64,000 bases of DNA from an uncultured Pseudomonadota bacterium (GCA_949297185.1 CASFRM010000003.1:1397-65396); one strand, 5' to 3'. Numbered from the stretch's first letter, positions 38,297-48,936 are shown. A program made the numbers and translations. The notes: generated by a model not told the origin, from the sequence alone.

Positions 38297-39406
38297 ATGA
38301 AAATAGCGCTTAAAGCAGTTTTTTGTTTGTCGTTGTTGTGGACATTTGAAACGCAAGCCGTTAATATTGCGGTGGTGGCACCGAAAATGGGGCATGACGC
38401 TTTGTTTGGTAATCAGGTTATTGACGGGGCTCAGATTGCGGTTGATGCAATTAATCAAGACGGTGGGGTGTTGGGCGAAAAGATTAACCTGATTGTCGTT
38501 GATGACCGTTGTGATGATAATTTTGCCGTATCGTCGGCTCAGATGATGTCGCTTAATTCTTCCGAAAGCGAAAAAATTAATATGATTATAGGGCCTTATT
38601 GCAACAATGCCTTTACTCAGATATCGGATGTATATGCTAAAGCAAAAATCTCAAGAATTATTACGACACCGCTTGCTGCCGGAGAATATTATTCGGCTAC
38701 GGACGGAATGTTTAAAATAGGGGGATTGGCTTCTAATGAAGCTGATGCAGTGTTTGAATTATATGGAAAACAATTTGCCGGAAAAAATTTGGCGGTGGTG
38801 TATGATAATTTTTTGCCCAAAACTACCGAAACGGCAAATAAATTGCAAAACCTTTTTGCGGAAAATAATTTGCAAAATCGTATAGTGATTTATGAAAGTG
38901 CCGATTTTGACGGGGATTATGAAAAGCTCGCTAAAGAAGTATTGCTCAACAGCGATACCGTCTTTGTTTCAGGAACCCCTGAAAATATCGCCAAAATAGC
39001 TCAGAATCTACAACAGCAAAAAGCCGATGTGGCTATTGTCGTAAATGAAAGTGCTGCTACTCCATTCTTTTTCAGGGAAATGGGAAATTTTGTTGAAGGC
39101 GTTTATTTCTTGAGACCAGAGGACTTTAAGGACAGTCCGTATTTTACCGAGGATTTGGTCAAATTACGATTAATGGGAAAAGAACCGAGAGGTCTCGGCG
39201 TTTATGGTTATGCTGCGGTTAAGTTGTGGAAGCAGCTTGTTGAAAAAAACGGAAGTTTTGATTTTGCTAAAATTAATGCCTTAAAAAATGCAAGCGGCTT
39301 TGACTTACCTTGGGGAAATGTGGATTTTGTTAAAGGTAATGCTTCTAAAAATCCGGGGTATGATGCGTTTCGTTTAATAAACGGCGAATATACACAACTT
39401 AATTGA
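38297..39406 (+). CDS. ABC transporter periplasmic substrate-binding protein (Leu/Ile/Val-binding type)
   Basis: Signal peptide, then IAVVAP..G....G.Q...GAQIAVD.IN..GGVLG.KI.L...DD.CD, which is typical of LivJ/K-like binders. No permease or ATPase genes are adjacent. Confidence 0.8.
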   Translation: MKIALKAVFCLSLLWTFETQAVNIAVVAPKMGHDALFGNQVIDGAQIAVDAINQDGGVLGEKINLIVVDDRCDDNFAVSSAQMMSLNSSESEKINMIIGPYCNNAFTQISDVYAKAKISRIITTPLAAGEYYSATDGMFKIGGLASNEADAVFELYGKQFAGKNLAVVYDNFLPKTTETANKLQNLFAENNLQNRIVIYESADFDGDYEKLAKEVLLNSDTVFVSGTPENIAKIAQNLQQQKADVAIVVNESAATPFFFREMGNFVEGVYFLRPEDFKDSPYFTEDLVKLRLMGKEPRGLGVYGYAAVKLWKQLVEKNGSFDFAKINALKNASGFDLPWGNVDFVKGNASKNPGYDAFRLINGEYTQLN

Positions 39407-39412
39407 TTTTTG

Positions 39413-39441
39413 TTGGATTTGCCAAAATATATTATTATAAT
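39413..39441 (+). promoter_or_regulatory. candidate sigma-70 promoter of ssb
   Basis: TTGGAT-N17-TATAAT, ending 40 nt before the ssb ATG. Confidence 0.4.
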
Positions 39442-39480
39442 CAGTGCAGTTTTTAATTTTTTTAAGTAAGGTATGAAATA

Positions 39481-39942
39481 ATGGTTGGAAGTATAAATAA
39501 AGTCATTTTGGTCGGTAATTTGGGTGCAGATCCGAAAGTTAGCAATACCGCTAACGGTGCTAAGATTGTTAACTTGAATGTGGCAACCTCTGATTCTTGG
39601 AAAGATAAAGCCAGCGGTGAACGCAAAGAAAGAACAGAATGGCACAGAGTGGTTATCTTTAATCCGGCTTTGGCCGATGTTGCCGAGAAATATTTGCGTA
39701 AGGGCTCTAAAGTTTATTTGGAAGGTCAATTGCAAACTCGTCGTTGGGAAGATAATAACGGTCAAGAAAGATATACTACCGAGGTTGTATTGCAAAACTT
39801 TAGCGGCAATATGGTGCTTTTAGACGCTAAAGGTGACGGAGTTCCGGCCGGTGGAAATGATGTATTTGCTGCTTCCGACAGTGGCTGGGATATGTCTCCA
39901 AGTCAGTCAAATACGGCTTTGGATGATGATATTCCGTTCTAA
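39481..39942 (+). CDS. ssb: single-stranded DNA-binding protein
   Basis: OB fold (INKVILVGNLGADPKV...TEWHRVV), a Gly-rich linker, and the acidic tail DDDIPF. Confidence 0.95.
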   Translation: MVGSINKVILVGNLGADPKVSNTANGAKIVNLNVATSDSWKDKASGERKERTEWHRVVIFNPALADVAEKYLRKGSKVYLEGQLQTRRWEDNNGQERYTTEVVLQNFSGNMVLLDAKGDGVPAGGNDVFAASDSGWDMSPSQSNTALDDDIPF

Positions 39943-39966
39943 TGTTTTTTTGAAATTGGTTTACAA

Positions 39967-39995
39967 GGCTCCTCTTTTTTGAGGAGCTTTTTTTT
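39967..39995 (+). terminator. rho-independent terminator (ssb)
   Basis: GGCTCCTC pairs with GAGGAGC(T), followed by TTTTTTT. Confidence 0.7.
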
Positions 39996-40097
39996 GGTGG
40001 ATAAGGTTGGGGATAAATTCCTTAGCTGTTGCTTTGATAAATTACGGCTTTAGTATAACGGTTAACAAAAGGTTAATTCTTCTAAAGGAGCCTGAAT

Positions 40098-40511
40098 ATG
40101 AGCGCAGCAGATGATTTGGTTACCGTTAAGACAGATGGAATCGTCGTTTCGGCCGGTTCGGTTTTGGTCGACAGAGAAGAACTTGAGAATAATTATATCT
40201 GGGGCTGCTATTTCTGTATTGAAAATAATTCGGAAAGAAAAATCAGGCTGCTTGGTAAAAACTGGAATATTACCGACGAGAAAGGTAATAACTATAATGA
40301 TTCTTCCGCCGGATTTAAGGGAGAGCTTCCGGAATTGGAGCCGGGAGAGGTTTTTGAGTTTACTTCTTATGCACCGCTAAAGTCGGAAAATGCGGTTTTT
40401 TATGGCTCTTGCAAGATTGATGCCGGTGATTGCGGCAAAGTTAGGGATATAAAAATGCCCACCTTTAACTTATCGGCCAAAGGCGGGCTTAGTAAAAGAA
40501 TTCTCAACTAG
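40098..40511 (+). CDS. apaG: ApaG (DUF525) protein
   Basis: LLGKNWNITDEKGN...GELPELEPGEVFEFTSYAPL....FYGS matches the ApaG pattern L.GR.W.I.D..G...V.G.GVVG.QP.L.PGE.F.YTS. Confidence 0.7.
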   Translation: MSAADDLVTVKTDGIVVSAGSVLVDREELENNYIWGCYFCIENNSERKIRLLGKNWNITDEKGNNYNDSSAGFKGELPELEPGEVFEFTSYAPLKSENAVFYGSCKIDAGDCGKVRDIKMPTFNLSAKGGLSKRILN

Positions 40512-41128
40512 TAATAAGTCGGAGTTAATTCCTGATTGGCAACAAAAGCATTCAAATATTGGTGAATGTTGGCTGTCATTCTTTCGTTAAAATCCTTAAA
40601 CAATTTTTCGACCATACCATTCCAATAAATTTCTTTTCCGGCAATGTCGGTATGAGCAGGGATGGTCAAACTACGCCAGGCTTCAACTTCGGTCGAAGCT
40701 TGAGCCAAGCTCTTAGAATCCGTAATCTTAACAGCTACAACCAAACGAGCAGAATATTTTACTTTATCTTGTTCAAAAATTTGTTTGCCTTCTTCTAATT
40801 CCTCGGTAACAGATGCATCTTTGATGATGAATTCTGCCGTTTTAGAAGAGCCAAAATCAACAGCCTTTAATCTGTCTTGAGCCCACAATTTTGCGGTCTT
40901 TTCAATCGATACCGGAAACAGGTGTTCTACGTGAGGACGAGTAAATGTCGGAGTAAATTCCGAAACAATATTTACTTTGTTTACCTTTAATTCTATCGGT
41001 GCTTCGGTATTAAAACGCGGTTCGGTATATTTGGGTAGTTCATCTTCCGGTGTGCCGTATAAGGTTCCGCAGGCACACAAACTCAAACTTAAACCGATTA
41101 TTGATAAAATTTTTTTGCTATTAATCAT
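40508..41128 (-). CDS. probable lipoprotein, hypothetical
   Basis: 206 aa with a signal peptide and Cys (SLSLCACG). No family recognised. Confidence 0.5.
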   Translation of the reverse strand: MINSKKILSIIGLSLSLCACGTLYGTPEDELPKYTEPRFNTEAPIELKVNKVNIVSEFTPTFTRPHVEHLFPVSIEKTAKLWAQDRLKAVDFGSSKTAEFIIKDASVTEELEEGKQIFEQDKVKYSARLVVAVKITDSKSLAQASTEVEAWRSLTIPAHTDIAGKEIYWNGMVEKLFKDFNERMTANIHQYLNAFVANQELTPTYY

Positions 41129-41217
41129 TGTTCTAAGACCTATATATAAAAACAGTTATGCTGATATACATCATTTGTACATCAGCATAAGTCCAAATTA
41201 ATTAATATCTGGTTAAT

Positions 41218-42135
41218 CTATTGTTTTTTGAGCTCTTTGGGGTCAAAAACATATTCTTCGGAACAAAAATGACAGGTGGCCGTGATTTTTCCGTCTTCGA
41301 CCATGGCATTAATGTCGTCAGCCGAAAAAGTACTCAATGTGTTGAGCAATTTTTCGCGAGAGCAACGGCAGGCAAAGCTATAATCTTTGTGAGAGCCGAT
41401 GTGCAAATCACAGCTGTGGTACAAACGGTGCAGAATTTCTTCCGATGAAAGTTCGGCATTAAATATCTCATCTTCGGATAGGCTTTCCATAAATATATTG
41501 GCCTGATTCCACAATTCGGCCATTTCTTCGGCAGAAGTTTGCATATCTTTTTTGGGCGGAAGTTTTTGTATCATTATAGCGGCAGCTAACCATGATTGGC
41601 TTTCACCGGACGGAGCCTTAAAAAACAATTTGAGGCCGGTGTCAATTTGTTCGGATTGTTTGAAGTAGCGCAATGCACATTCGGTTAAGTTCTTGCCTTG
41701 CAAATCAACAATACCTTGATAGAGGTTGGCTTTGTCGCCTTGGTCAACGGTAAAGGCCAAATGTCCTTTGCCCATTAGGTGCGGAGCAGGCTCAATCTCG
41801 CCTAAGGTTTTACGCAAAGTTTGACCGGCATTTAATCTTTCTTCATCAAAACGAGCACAAGATCTAATCTTGCCATCTGATGTAACATCAACAACAATCA
41901 AGCCTACCGGACCATCACTTTGGGTTTGTAAGGTGAAAAGACCATCATACTTCAAGTTGCTTGCTAAAATGGCGGCCAAAGCAGTGCTTTCGGCAATAAC
42001 GGCAGATACCGGAAGCGGATATTTATGCTTGGTTAGGATAGTGTTTACAACTTCGTTTAATCTGACCAAACGGCCTTGAAACGCGCCGTCGTTAATGTAA
42101 AAAGATACACAGTTATCAAAATTTTTGTTGGGCAT
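41218..42135 (-). CDS. hslO: Hsp33-family redox-regulated chaperone
   Basis: 305 aa. The C-terminal zinc centre is CRCSREK...CHFCSEEY. Confidence 0.9.
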   Translation of the reverse strand: MPNKNFDNCVSFYINDGAFQGRLVRLNEVVNTILTKHKYPLPVSAVIAESTALAAILASNLKYDGLFTLQTQSDGPVGLIVVDVTSDGKIRSCARFDEERLNAGQTLRKTLGEIEPAPHLMGKGHLAFTVDQGDKANLYQGIVDLQGKNLTECALRYFKQSEQIDTGLKLFFKAPSGESQSWLAAAIMIQKLPPKKDMQTSAEEMAELWNQANIFMESLSEDEIFNAELSSEEILHRLYHSCDLHIGSHKDYSFACRCSREKLLNTLSTFSADDINAMVEDGKITATCHFCSEEYVFDPKELKKQ

Positions 42136-42198
42136 ATTATATTTTCCTTGGTATAATCTCGAACAGTTATTATATCCTATAATCTAAAGAAAGGAATT

Positions 42199-42741
42199 TT
42201 GCAAGTGTTGTCGGAAAATAAATGCGTAAAAAAACGCCTAAAAAAAATTACCGGACAGCGACTTAGGAATATCGCTCTTTTTTACCTGAAAAGGTTTGAA
42301 ACTTCTCAGGCCAATCTTAGAGCCGTGCTTAAAAGAAGAATTGATGAATATGCTTATTATGATAAAGATTTTAATAAATCGGAGGCCTATGCTTGGGCAG
42401 ATGAAATAATTGCCGATTTTGTGCGGCTTAGATATGTTGATGATGCCAGATTTGCCGAAATTAAAATCAGAGATTATATAAATGCCGGAAAATCTCCGCG
42501 TTATATCTTGGGAAAACTTAAAGAAAAAGGTATTGATGAAAACTTGGCCGAACAAATTTTATCACAACAAGAGGTAAATCCGGAGGAAGCGGCGATTAAA
42601 TTGGCAAAGAAGAAAAAATTGGGGCCATATAATCCTGATGAAAACTCAAGAAAAGAAAGATATTCAAAAGATTTGGCAGTTTTGGTCAGAGCAGGTTTTG
42701 ACTATGATATAGCTGTAAAAGTATTAAAAAGCGAGGTGTGA
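42199..42741 (+). CDS. recX: RecX-family regulatory protein
   Basis: 180 aa. Repeated three-helix modules (LRNIALFYLKRFETSQANLRAVL..., FVRLRYVDDARFAE...). The start codon is uncertain (TTG/GTG). Confidence 0.7.
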   Translation: MQVLSENKCVKKRLKKITGQRLRNIALFYLKRFETSQANLRAVLKRRIDEYAYYDKDFNKSEAYAWADEIIADFVRLRYVDDARFAEIKIRDYINAGKSPRYILGKLKEKGIDENLAEQILSQQEVNPEEAAIKLAKKKKLGPYNPDENSRKERYSKDLAVLVRAGFDYDIAVKVLKSEV

Positions 42742-42742
42742 G

Positions 42743-43198
42743 ATGTCTTATATCGAAAAAACATTAAGGGACGGCGAAAATGTGGCAGCAAAAGCAGAGC
42801 TGCACTGGATTAACTATGTTAAATCGTTTAGTATACTAATTATGGGCGTAGTTTTGGCCATAGCAGCCGTCGGCGCGGTCGGAATGGAGTTGTATGTTTG
42901 GGGAGTGGCCGCATTTTTGGTGCTGTGGGGAGCTTATTTGAGTGTTAAATTGATGTTTATCGAAATGGTGGTTACCAATAAAAGAGTGGTCGTTAAAAAA
43001 GGAATTATTGCCGTTGATACCGATGAACTTAATAATGCCAAAGTTGAAGGAATTGAAATTGAACAACCGATATGGGGAAGAATTTTGGGCTACGGTGATG
43101 TATGTTTTTACGGAGTGGGAGTAGGTAAACTCCGGTTTTCGACAATTAAGAACCCCACCGATTTTAAAAGAAAAGCCGACGAACTGGTTGCCGGTTAA
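42743..43198 (+). CDS. membrane protein with bacterial PH (bPH_2/YdbS-like) domain
   Basis: Two TM helices followed by VVTNKRVVVKKGIIAVDTDEL. Confidence 0.65.
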   Translation: MSYIEKTLRDGENVAAKAELHWINYVKSFSILIMGVVLAIAAVGAVGMELYVWGVAAFLVLWGAYLSVKLMFIEMVVTNKRVVVKKGIIAVDTDELNNAKVEGIEIEQPIWGRILGYGDVCFYGVGVGKLRFSTIKNPTDFKRKADELVAG

Positions 43199-43213
43199 TA
43201 AAGGAGAAGAATT

Positions 43214-43912
43214 TTGTATAGTCAAAAGTTTCAAACTTTTATTGATATGTGGCGTGAAGAATTTGCCATAGAACGTTCTATTGACGAAAAAGTTTGTTTG
43301 GATCGGGACGGGAATCCCATACCTTGGTATACATATCCGGCAATAGAATATTTGAGCCAATTTGATTATACGGATAAAAAAATTTTTGAATTCGGTTGCG
43401 GATATTCATCGTTGTTTTGGGCAAAAAGAGCCGGTAAGGTAATATCGATTGAGGACAATCTAAACTGGTTTGATAAATGGCAAAAGGAATTTAGTGAGCC
43501 GAATTTGGATATAAAATGGCGTGATGAAGGTGAAATATACGAACAGGCTATTTTTGAAGAAAATGAAAAATATGATGTTATCATAATTGACGGCAAAAGA
43601 AGAAACTTTTGTGCCGAAACGGCGGTAAAAGCTCTTAATGACGGCGGTATGATTATTTTAGACGATAGCGACAGAGTTAATACTTCTGCAGAATATGTCA
43701 AAACCATCGATATATTAAAAAGTGCCGATTTACTGCAAGTGGATTTTTACGGTTTTTGCCCGATGAACAATTACACCAAAACGACTTCGGTATTTTTTAG
43801 TCGCAATTTTAATTTTGAATCACTTTATAAAGTTCAACCGGTAAACGGATGGGGAAATTTGTGGTCAAAATCGCGTAAAGACCGCAAAGAGTTTTATCGA
43901 AAAAACAAATAA
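43214..43912 (+). CDS. putative class I SAM-dependent methyltransferase-like protein
   Basis: IFEFGCGYSSLFWA, VISIEDN and DVIIIDGKRR. Same motif order as CDS 1388-2125. TTG start is uncertain. Confidence 0.55.
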   Translation: MYSQKFQTFIDMWREEFAIERSIDEKVCLDRDGNPIPWYTYPAIEYLSQFDYTDKKIFEFGCGYSSLFWAKRAGKVISIEDNLNWFDKWQKEFSEPNLDIKWRDEGEIYEQAIFEENEKYDVIIIDGKRRNFCAETAVKALNDGGMIILDDSDRVNTSAEYVKTIDILKSADLLQVDFYGFCPMNNYTKTTSVFFSRNFNFESLYKVQPVNGWGNLWSKSRKDRKEFYRKNK

Positions 43913-43918
43913 AACATT

Positions 43919-45019
43919 TTATAGAGCAGGGCACAGGCCTTCAATCAGATAATTGAGGACAAGAAAGCCTTGTTTGGTGGCACGGAGAGTTTCTTTATCT
44001 TCGGCAATCAACTTTTGTTCCAACATTTGTTTTTTGAATTCTTGATTTATAAAATTATCAAAATTGAGCAAGCAATTATTTTTAAATGATTTTTTGTTGA
44101 TGCCTCGGGTGAGCCTTAATCCCATTATAATCAGCTCTTCGGCGCGTTCTTGAGGGGTTAGTTCTTCAAAATTGAGCTTATCGGTTGAGGCATAAAACTT
44201 ACCGTCTTTGCGGAAGCGTCCGTGTGCTCCCTGACCGATACCGATATAATCCTTGCCGAGCCAATAAGTTTGGTTGTGGATTGAGGCAAAGCCTTTTTGA
44301 GCATAGTTAGATACTTCATACTTATCAAACCCATACAAGCTTAAAAAATCTTCGGTAAAATTGTAAAATTCGGCTGCAATATTTTCATTAAGAGGTTTAA
44401 CTCCTTTGCGATAAAATACGGTATTTTCTTCAATGGTCAGCTGATATAAGGAAATATGTTTAAGGCCAAAAGAAGTGGCAATTTCAAGATTTTTTTGCCA
44501 AACGGGCTTTTCTTGGTTGGGTAGGGCATACATCAAGTCAATGGAATGATTGGAAAAGTTTTTTAAGACTTCTTCGATTGATTTCATAGCCTCTGCTGAT
44601 GAGTGCGTGCGGCCGAGAAATTTTAGCTCTTTATCGTCAAACGATTGCACTCCTAAAGACAATCGGTTAATACCGGCATGAGATAAGTCGGCAAATAAAG
44701 TCGGAGTACTGGTGTTAGGATTGGCTTCGAGCGATATTTCTGTTTTATTTCCTATTCCCCAAAGCTTATCAATTTCCTGAATTAAGAGGCTTATATTTTG
44801 CGGCTTGATTAAAGAAGGTGTGCCGCCGCCGAAAAATATGGATATTATGTGTTTGTCAGGCAAGAGTTCTTTATATTTTTGAAGTTGCTCAATGTAGTCT
44901 TTAATCAGAGCATCTTCATTGGTATCTTTTTTTACACGGCTGAAAAAGTCGCAATAAGGACACTTACTGCGACAAAACGGCCAATGTATGTATATGCTTA
45001 AGTCTTTATCTTCATTCAT
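43919..45019 (-). CDS. hemW: radical SAM heme chaperone HemW
   Basis: YIHWPFCRSKCPYCDF, GGGTPS and an HemN_C-like C-terminus. Confidence 0.9.
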   Translation of the reverse strand: MNEDKDLSIYIHWPFCRSKCPYCDFFSRVKKDTNEDALIKDYIEQLQKYKELLPDKHIISIFFGGGTPSLIKPQNISLLIQEIDKLWGIGNKTEISLEANPNTSTPTLFADLSHAGINRLSLGVQSFDDKELKFLGRTHSSAEAMKSIEEVLKNFSNHSIDLMYALPNQEKPVWQKNLEIATSFGLKHISLYQLTIEENTVFYRKGVKPLNENIAAEFYNFTEDFLSLYGFDKYEVSNYAQKGFASIHNQTYWLGKDYIGIGQGAHGRFRKDGKFYASTDKLNFEELTPQERAEELIIMGLRLTRGINKKSFKNNCLLNFDNFINQEFKKQMLEQKLIAEDKETLRATKQGFLVLNYLIEGLCPAL

Positions 45020-46326
45020 TATAAAATAAACTTTGATAAATCGGTGGCTTGCGTATATTTATCGAGCTTTTCGGCAACCATATCGGCAGTAATGGTTAAT
45101 TCTTCGCCGCTGCGGTCAGATGCCGTATAACTTACATCTTCAAGCAGAATTTCAAGTACGGTATGTAATCTTCTGGCGCCGATGTTTTCAACATTTTCAT
45201 TAATTGCTACGGCAATATCGGCAATTTTTTCAATTGCTTCCGGAGCAAATTTTATGTGAAATTCTTCGGTCTCTAAAAGTGCCGTATATTGCTCTATCAA
45301 GTTAGCTTCCGGCTCGGTTAAGATGCGAACAAAGTCATTATGGGTGAGGGCTTTTAATTCAACCCTTATCGGCAAACGACCTTGCAATTCGGGAAGCATG
45401 TCCGATGGTTTGGCTAAATGAAAGGCTCCGGAGCAGATAAACAAAATGTGGTCGGTTTTGACCAGGCCATGTTTGGTGGAAACCGTGGTGCCTTCAATTA
45501 ACGGCAGGAGGTCTCTTTGGACACCTTCGCGAGAAACATCGCCTCTGGTGCCTTCGGATTTGCCGGTAATCTTGTCTATTTCATCAATAAAGACAATACC
45601 ATCATTTTCAACCGCTTTGATGGCTTGCGAGGTGATGTCTTCGTTGTCCAGCAACTTGTCTGATTCTTCATCAATCAATGCCTTATAAGCTTCGGCAACT
45701 TTGAGTTTGCGAGTTTTGTATTTTTGCGGATTGCCGCCCAATAAATCGCCTAAGCTTATCATACCCATAGAGGCTCCGGGCATGCCGGGGATATCAATTG
45801 TGGGCATTGATGAGTTGGAATTATCAAGCAAAGAAATTTCTACTTCGCGTTCGTCAAGCTGGTGCTCTCTTAGCATTTGTAAAAATTTTTGTTTGGTATC
45901 TTCGCCGGCAGAAGAACCGACCAGAGCTTCAATCAATCTTTTTTCGGCGGAGGCTTCGGCTTTGGCACTTACGCTTTTACGCAGCTTTTTGCGAGTTTGA
46001 ACCAGTGAAATTTCGACCAAATCTCTGATAATGCTTTCTACATCACGGCCGACATAGCCGATTTCGGTGAATTTGGTGGCTTCGACCTTGATAAAAGGAG
46101 CTTTGGCTAGTTTGGCCAATCGACGCGATATTTCGGTTTTGCCGACGCCGGTTGGTCCGATCATTAAAATGTTTTTCGGGACGATTTCTTCACGCAATTT
46201 TTCGGGTAACTGCATTCTTCTCCAACGATTGCGTAAGGCGACCGCTACGGCTTTTTTGGCCTCGCTTTGGCCAATTATGTATTTATCTAATTCTGATACG
46301 ATTTCACGAGGACTGAAATTACTCAT
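45019..46326 (-). CDS. hslU: ATP-dependent protease ATPase subunit HslU
   Basis: [36 protein letters not shown] and FIDEIDK. Confidence 0.97.
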   Translation of the reverse strand: MSNFSPREIVSELDKYIIGQSEAKKAVAVALRNRWRRMQLPEKLREEIVPKNILMIGPTGVGKTEISRRLAKLAKAPFIKVEATKFTEIGYVGRDVESIIRDLVEISLVQTRKKLRKSVSAKAEASAEKRLIEALVGSSAGEDTKQKFLQMLREHQLDEREVEISLLDNSNSSMPTIDIPGMPGASMGMISLGDLLGGNPQKYKTRKLKVAEAYKALIDEESDKLLDNEDITSQAIKAVENDGIVFIDEIDKITGKSEGTRGDVSREGVQRDLLPLIEGTTVSTKHGLVKTDHILFICSGAFHLAKPSDMLPELQGRLPIRVELKALTHNDFVRILTEPEANLIEQYTALLETEEFHIKFAPEAIEKIADIAVAINENVENIGARRLHTVLEILLEDVSYTASDRSGEELTITADMVAEKLDKYTQATDLSKFIL

Positions 46327-46849
46327 TGCTTATACTCTCAATAATAACATTGTGGTTGGTGTAGACATCGGTATCACCGGCTATTTTCATGGCTTTGCGG
46401 GCAATATCTTCAAGGCTTAAGCCGTCAATATCATAAAGGGCTTTGGCGGCGGCCATGGCATAATTGCCGCCTGAGCCTATGCCGATAATGCCGTCATCTG
46501 GTTCCATGACTTCTCCGGTGCCGGAAATGACTAAAGAAGTGTCTTTGTCGGCAACAATCATAAAGGCTTGAAGCTGACGCAGATATTTATCCATGCGCCA
46601 ATCTTTTGCCAGCTCAACAGCCGCTCTTTTTAATTGATTGGCATGTTTTTCCAGCTTGGCTTCCAGCCTTTCAATCAAAGTTATACCATCAGCGGCGGCT
46701 CCGGCAAAACCGGCTATGATGTTGCCGTTGCCAATGCGACGAACTTTGACCGAGTGGGATTTGAATATAATTGCTTCGCCAAGAGTAGCTTGACCGTCAC
46801 CGGCCATTACAACATTGTTGCCTTTTCTTACACACAAGATTGTTGTCAT
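46319..46849 (-). CDS. hslV: ATP-dependent protease subunit HslV
   Basis: MTTILCV N-terminal Thr nucleophile and GSGGNYA. Confidence 0.97.
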   Translation of the reverse strand: MTTILCVRKGNNVVMAGDGQATLGEAIIFKSHSVKVRRIGNGNIIAGFAGAAADGITLIERLEAKLEKHANQLKRAAVELAKDWRMDKYLRQLQAFMIVADKDTSLVISGTGEVMEPDDGIIGIGSGGNYAMAAAKALYDIDGLSLEDIARKAMKIAGDTDVYTNHNVIIESISNE

Positions 46850-46888
46850 AACAAAACATTCTCCATATTGTTGCTTTAATATTAGCTT

Positions 46889-46917
46889 ATTTAGGTATAA
46901 AAAGCGGCTAATGCAAG
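46889..46917 (-). promoter_or_regulatory. possible sigma-32-type heat-shock promoter of hslVU
   Basis: The minus strand reads CTTG-N18-CCTAAAT about 40 nt upstream of the hslV ATG. It resembles the CTTG-N17/18-CYTATNT pattern reported for alphaproteobacterial RpoH promoters, with one mismatch. Confidence 0.3.
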
Positions 46918-46926
46918 AGGGAAAAG

Positions 46927-46960
46927 CAAAAAAACACCCGCTTTTTTGAAAAGCGGGTGT
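46927..46960 (-). terminator. rho-independent terminator
   Basis: ACACCCGCTTTT pairs with AAAAGCGGGTGT, with a T run on the minus strand. It lies downstream of CDS 46970-48913. Confidence 0.75.
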
Positions 46961-46969
46961 TTTGATTAG

Positions 46970-48913
46970 TTATTTACGCTGCATGCTGTCAAGCGGTTTG
47001 GGCGATTTGTCTGCCGGTGAATTATCAATAGCATCGGCTATCGGAGTAAACATTCTTACCGCTTTGGGCTTTTGAGCCGCTTTGACGGGGTTTTGTCCGC
47101 AAATCTCTAAGCCAAGGCTCTTAAGTGCAGTTTCAATCGGAATAAACAAATCAGGTGAATTATCGGATTTTTTGCTTTCGTGCGATATACCGATAATGTT
47201 ACCTCTTTGGTCTATTAAGGCGCCGCCTAAAGTTACGGTTTGAACAAAGGTATCAACGATAATTTCGGCACCTCTGTCTTCGCTCCAACGATAACCGACA
47301 ACTCTGCCTTCGTTATCGATGTAGTTCTCACCACCTTCTTCTTCGATATCAAGCAAGCCTAAAGTCAACAAAATATCTTTGTTTACTTCCGGTAAATCAA
47401 GCGATAGGGGAAGAGGCTGGAATTGTGTGGGTTTATCCAAAAGCAAAACAGCTACATTTTTGGCCGGATTTACGCGGAACGCCGAAGCTTTGAATTGTTT
47501 GCCGTTGATGGTTTGCAAATCGTATTTGTTGTTGTCTTTTTGGATTAAGTCGGCCGAGGTTAATACCATGTTGTCGGCAATCAACAGTCCGGCTCCTGAT
47601 TTGCCAGCCGCATTTTTAACCGAGACAATTGATGCTCTGAGTTTGTATAGATTTTGAGCATTCAAGTTTTCATACGGCGGGGTGTTGGCAATACAGAAAT
47701 CATTGCTTATAGAAGCAAAAGCTGTTTCATCAATTTCTGTAACTTCGACATTTGAGCTGGTTCCCGTACCGGTAGAACCACCTTCTTCAAGCACGGCAGT
47801 TTCTTGAACTTCGTCAATTTCGAGCGGAATATCAACAAAGTAGTCGTCACTGACGGTTACATTGTCAACATTTTTAATCTTGGTGCCGCCATCTTCAACA
47901 ACCTCGATTTCTTGGCAATTTTCAGCAATAGCATAGGAGCTGTCTTTGGTGCCGCCGGAGGTTTCTGTCATTTGGCATTCTTGCAACATCTCAATGCCTT
48001 TGAGTTCGGCTGCGTATTGTGAGCCGAAGCAGGTGTCGCAATAGTTGGTTTTTGCCAGTTGGGCGGCAATGTCTTCGGGGCGAACTCTTAATGATAAAGC
48101 TTCGTTAAAGCAGCTGATTTCGGGTAATTTGACAAGAGCATCTTCAAAGGCTCTTTCAACCAGCAAATTTTCGCCGTTGGGTTCGCCTTCTTGGACTTGG
48201 CCGTAGCCTGTGGTGGTACCGCGGCAATAAACTTCGTCTTTGGCCAAATTCATTACGCGCCAAATAACAGTCATTTCGGATGTACCGTTGCGAATCTGAC
48301 GGCTTTTTACTTCGTCCCAGTCAAATTCGTCGCAGATATTCATGAAATAGTCGGTAATTTCGGCGGTTAGGACATATTCAGCCTGCAATTTATCGGAATC
48401 GGGATAGTAAACATTGGTTGGTGCTACCACAACCGGATAGTAGTCGTTCATGGTTTCGTAAAAGACATCAAAGAAGTGCATGTCTTTTTGCATTGAGCGG
48501 CCTTGATTTAGGAAGGCATTCTTAGTTTCGCGGCGGCAACCGAAAATGCGAAAACGGTAGTCTCCGAGCTTGGTGTTAAATTCGTCATAACGGCTGTTCT
48601 TTTTTAGTCTGAAATCGACATCGGTTAATTCTATCGGAGCAAAAGAATTACGACTTTGATGCAAAGATACATAAGCATTGTAATGGCTATCGTCGATAAT
48701 CAGACTTTGATATTTTATTTTTTGTTTGTCTTGTAAGTATGAAATGCGTCTGACCGGACGCTTTTTGGCCGGTTCGCACATACAATCAAGAATGCCTAAT
48801 GTAGAATCGGCATTAGGGTCGCACATGCAGGGTATAAGTTCTTTGCTTTCTTTGTCGCATGCACTCAAGGCAAATACTGACAAAAGAAGGGATAAAGTTA
48901 GGTTTTTACGCAT
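46970..48913 (-). CDS. large lipoprotein with C-terminal trypsin-like (S1C) domain lacking the catalytic triad
   Basis: Lipobox FALSAC and a Cys-rich N-terminus. The C-terminal segment aligns to the DegP/HtrA protease pattern but reads VLTSADLI (His to Asp), KNVAVLLL (Asp to Asn) and TLGGALID (Ser to Leu). Confidence 0.6.
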   Translation of the reverse strand: MRKNLTLSLLLSVFALSACDKESKELIPCMCDPNADSTLGILDCMCEPAKKRPVRRISYLQDKQKIKYQSLIIDDSHYNAYVSLHQSRNSFAPIELTDVDFRLKKNSRYDEFNTKLGDYRFRIFGCRRETKNAFLNQGRSMQKDMHFFDVFYETMNDYYPVVVAPTNVYYPDSDKLQAEYVLTAEITDYFMNICDEFDWDEVKSRQIRNGTSEMTVIWRVMNLAKDEVYCRGTTTGYGQVQEGEPNGENLLVERAFEDALVKLPEISCFNEALSLRVRPEDIAAQLAKTNYCDTCFGSQYAAELKGIEMLQECQMTETSGGTKDSSYAIAENCQEIEVVEDGGTKIKNVDNVTVSDDYFVDIPLEIDEVQETAVLEEGGSTGTGTSSNVEVTEIDETAFASISNDFCIANTPPYENLNAQNLYKLRASIVSVKNAAGKSGAGLLIADNMVLTSADLIQKDNNKYDLQTINGKQFKASAFRVNPAKNVAVLLLDKPTQFQPLPLSLDLPEVNKDILLTLGLLDIEEEGGENYIDNEGRVVGYRWSEDRGAEIIVDTFVQTVTLGGALIDQRGNIIGISHESKKSDNSPDLFIPIETALKSLGLEICGQNPVKAAQKPKAVRMFTPIADAIDNSPADKSPKPLDSMQRK

Positions 48914-48936
48914 TTTAAGACAAACTCCTTTAATAC

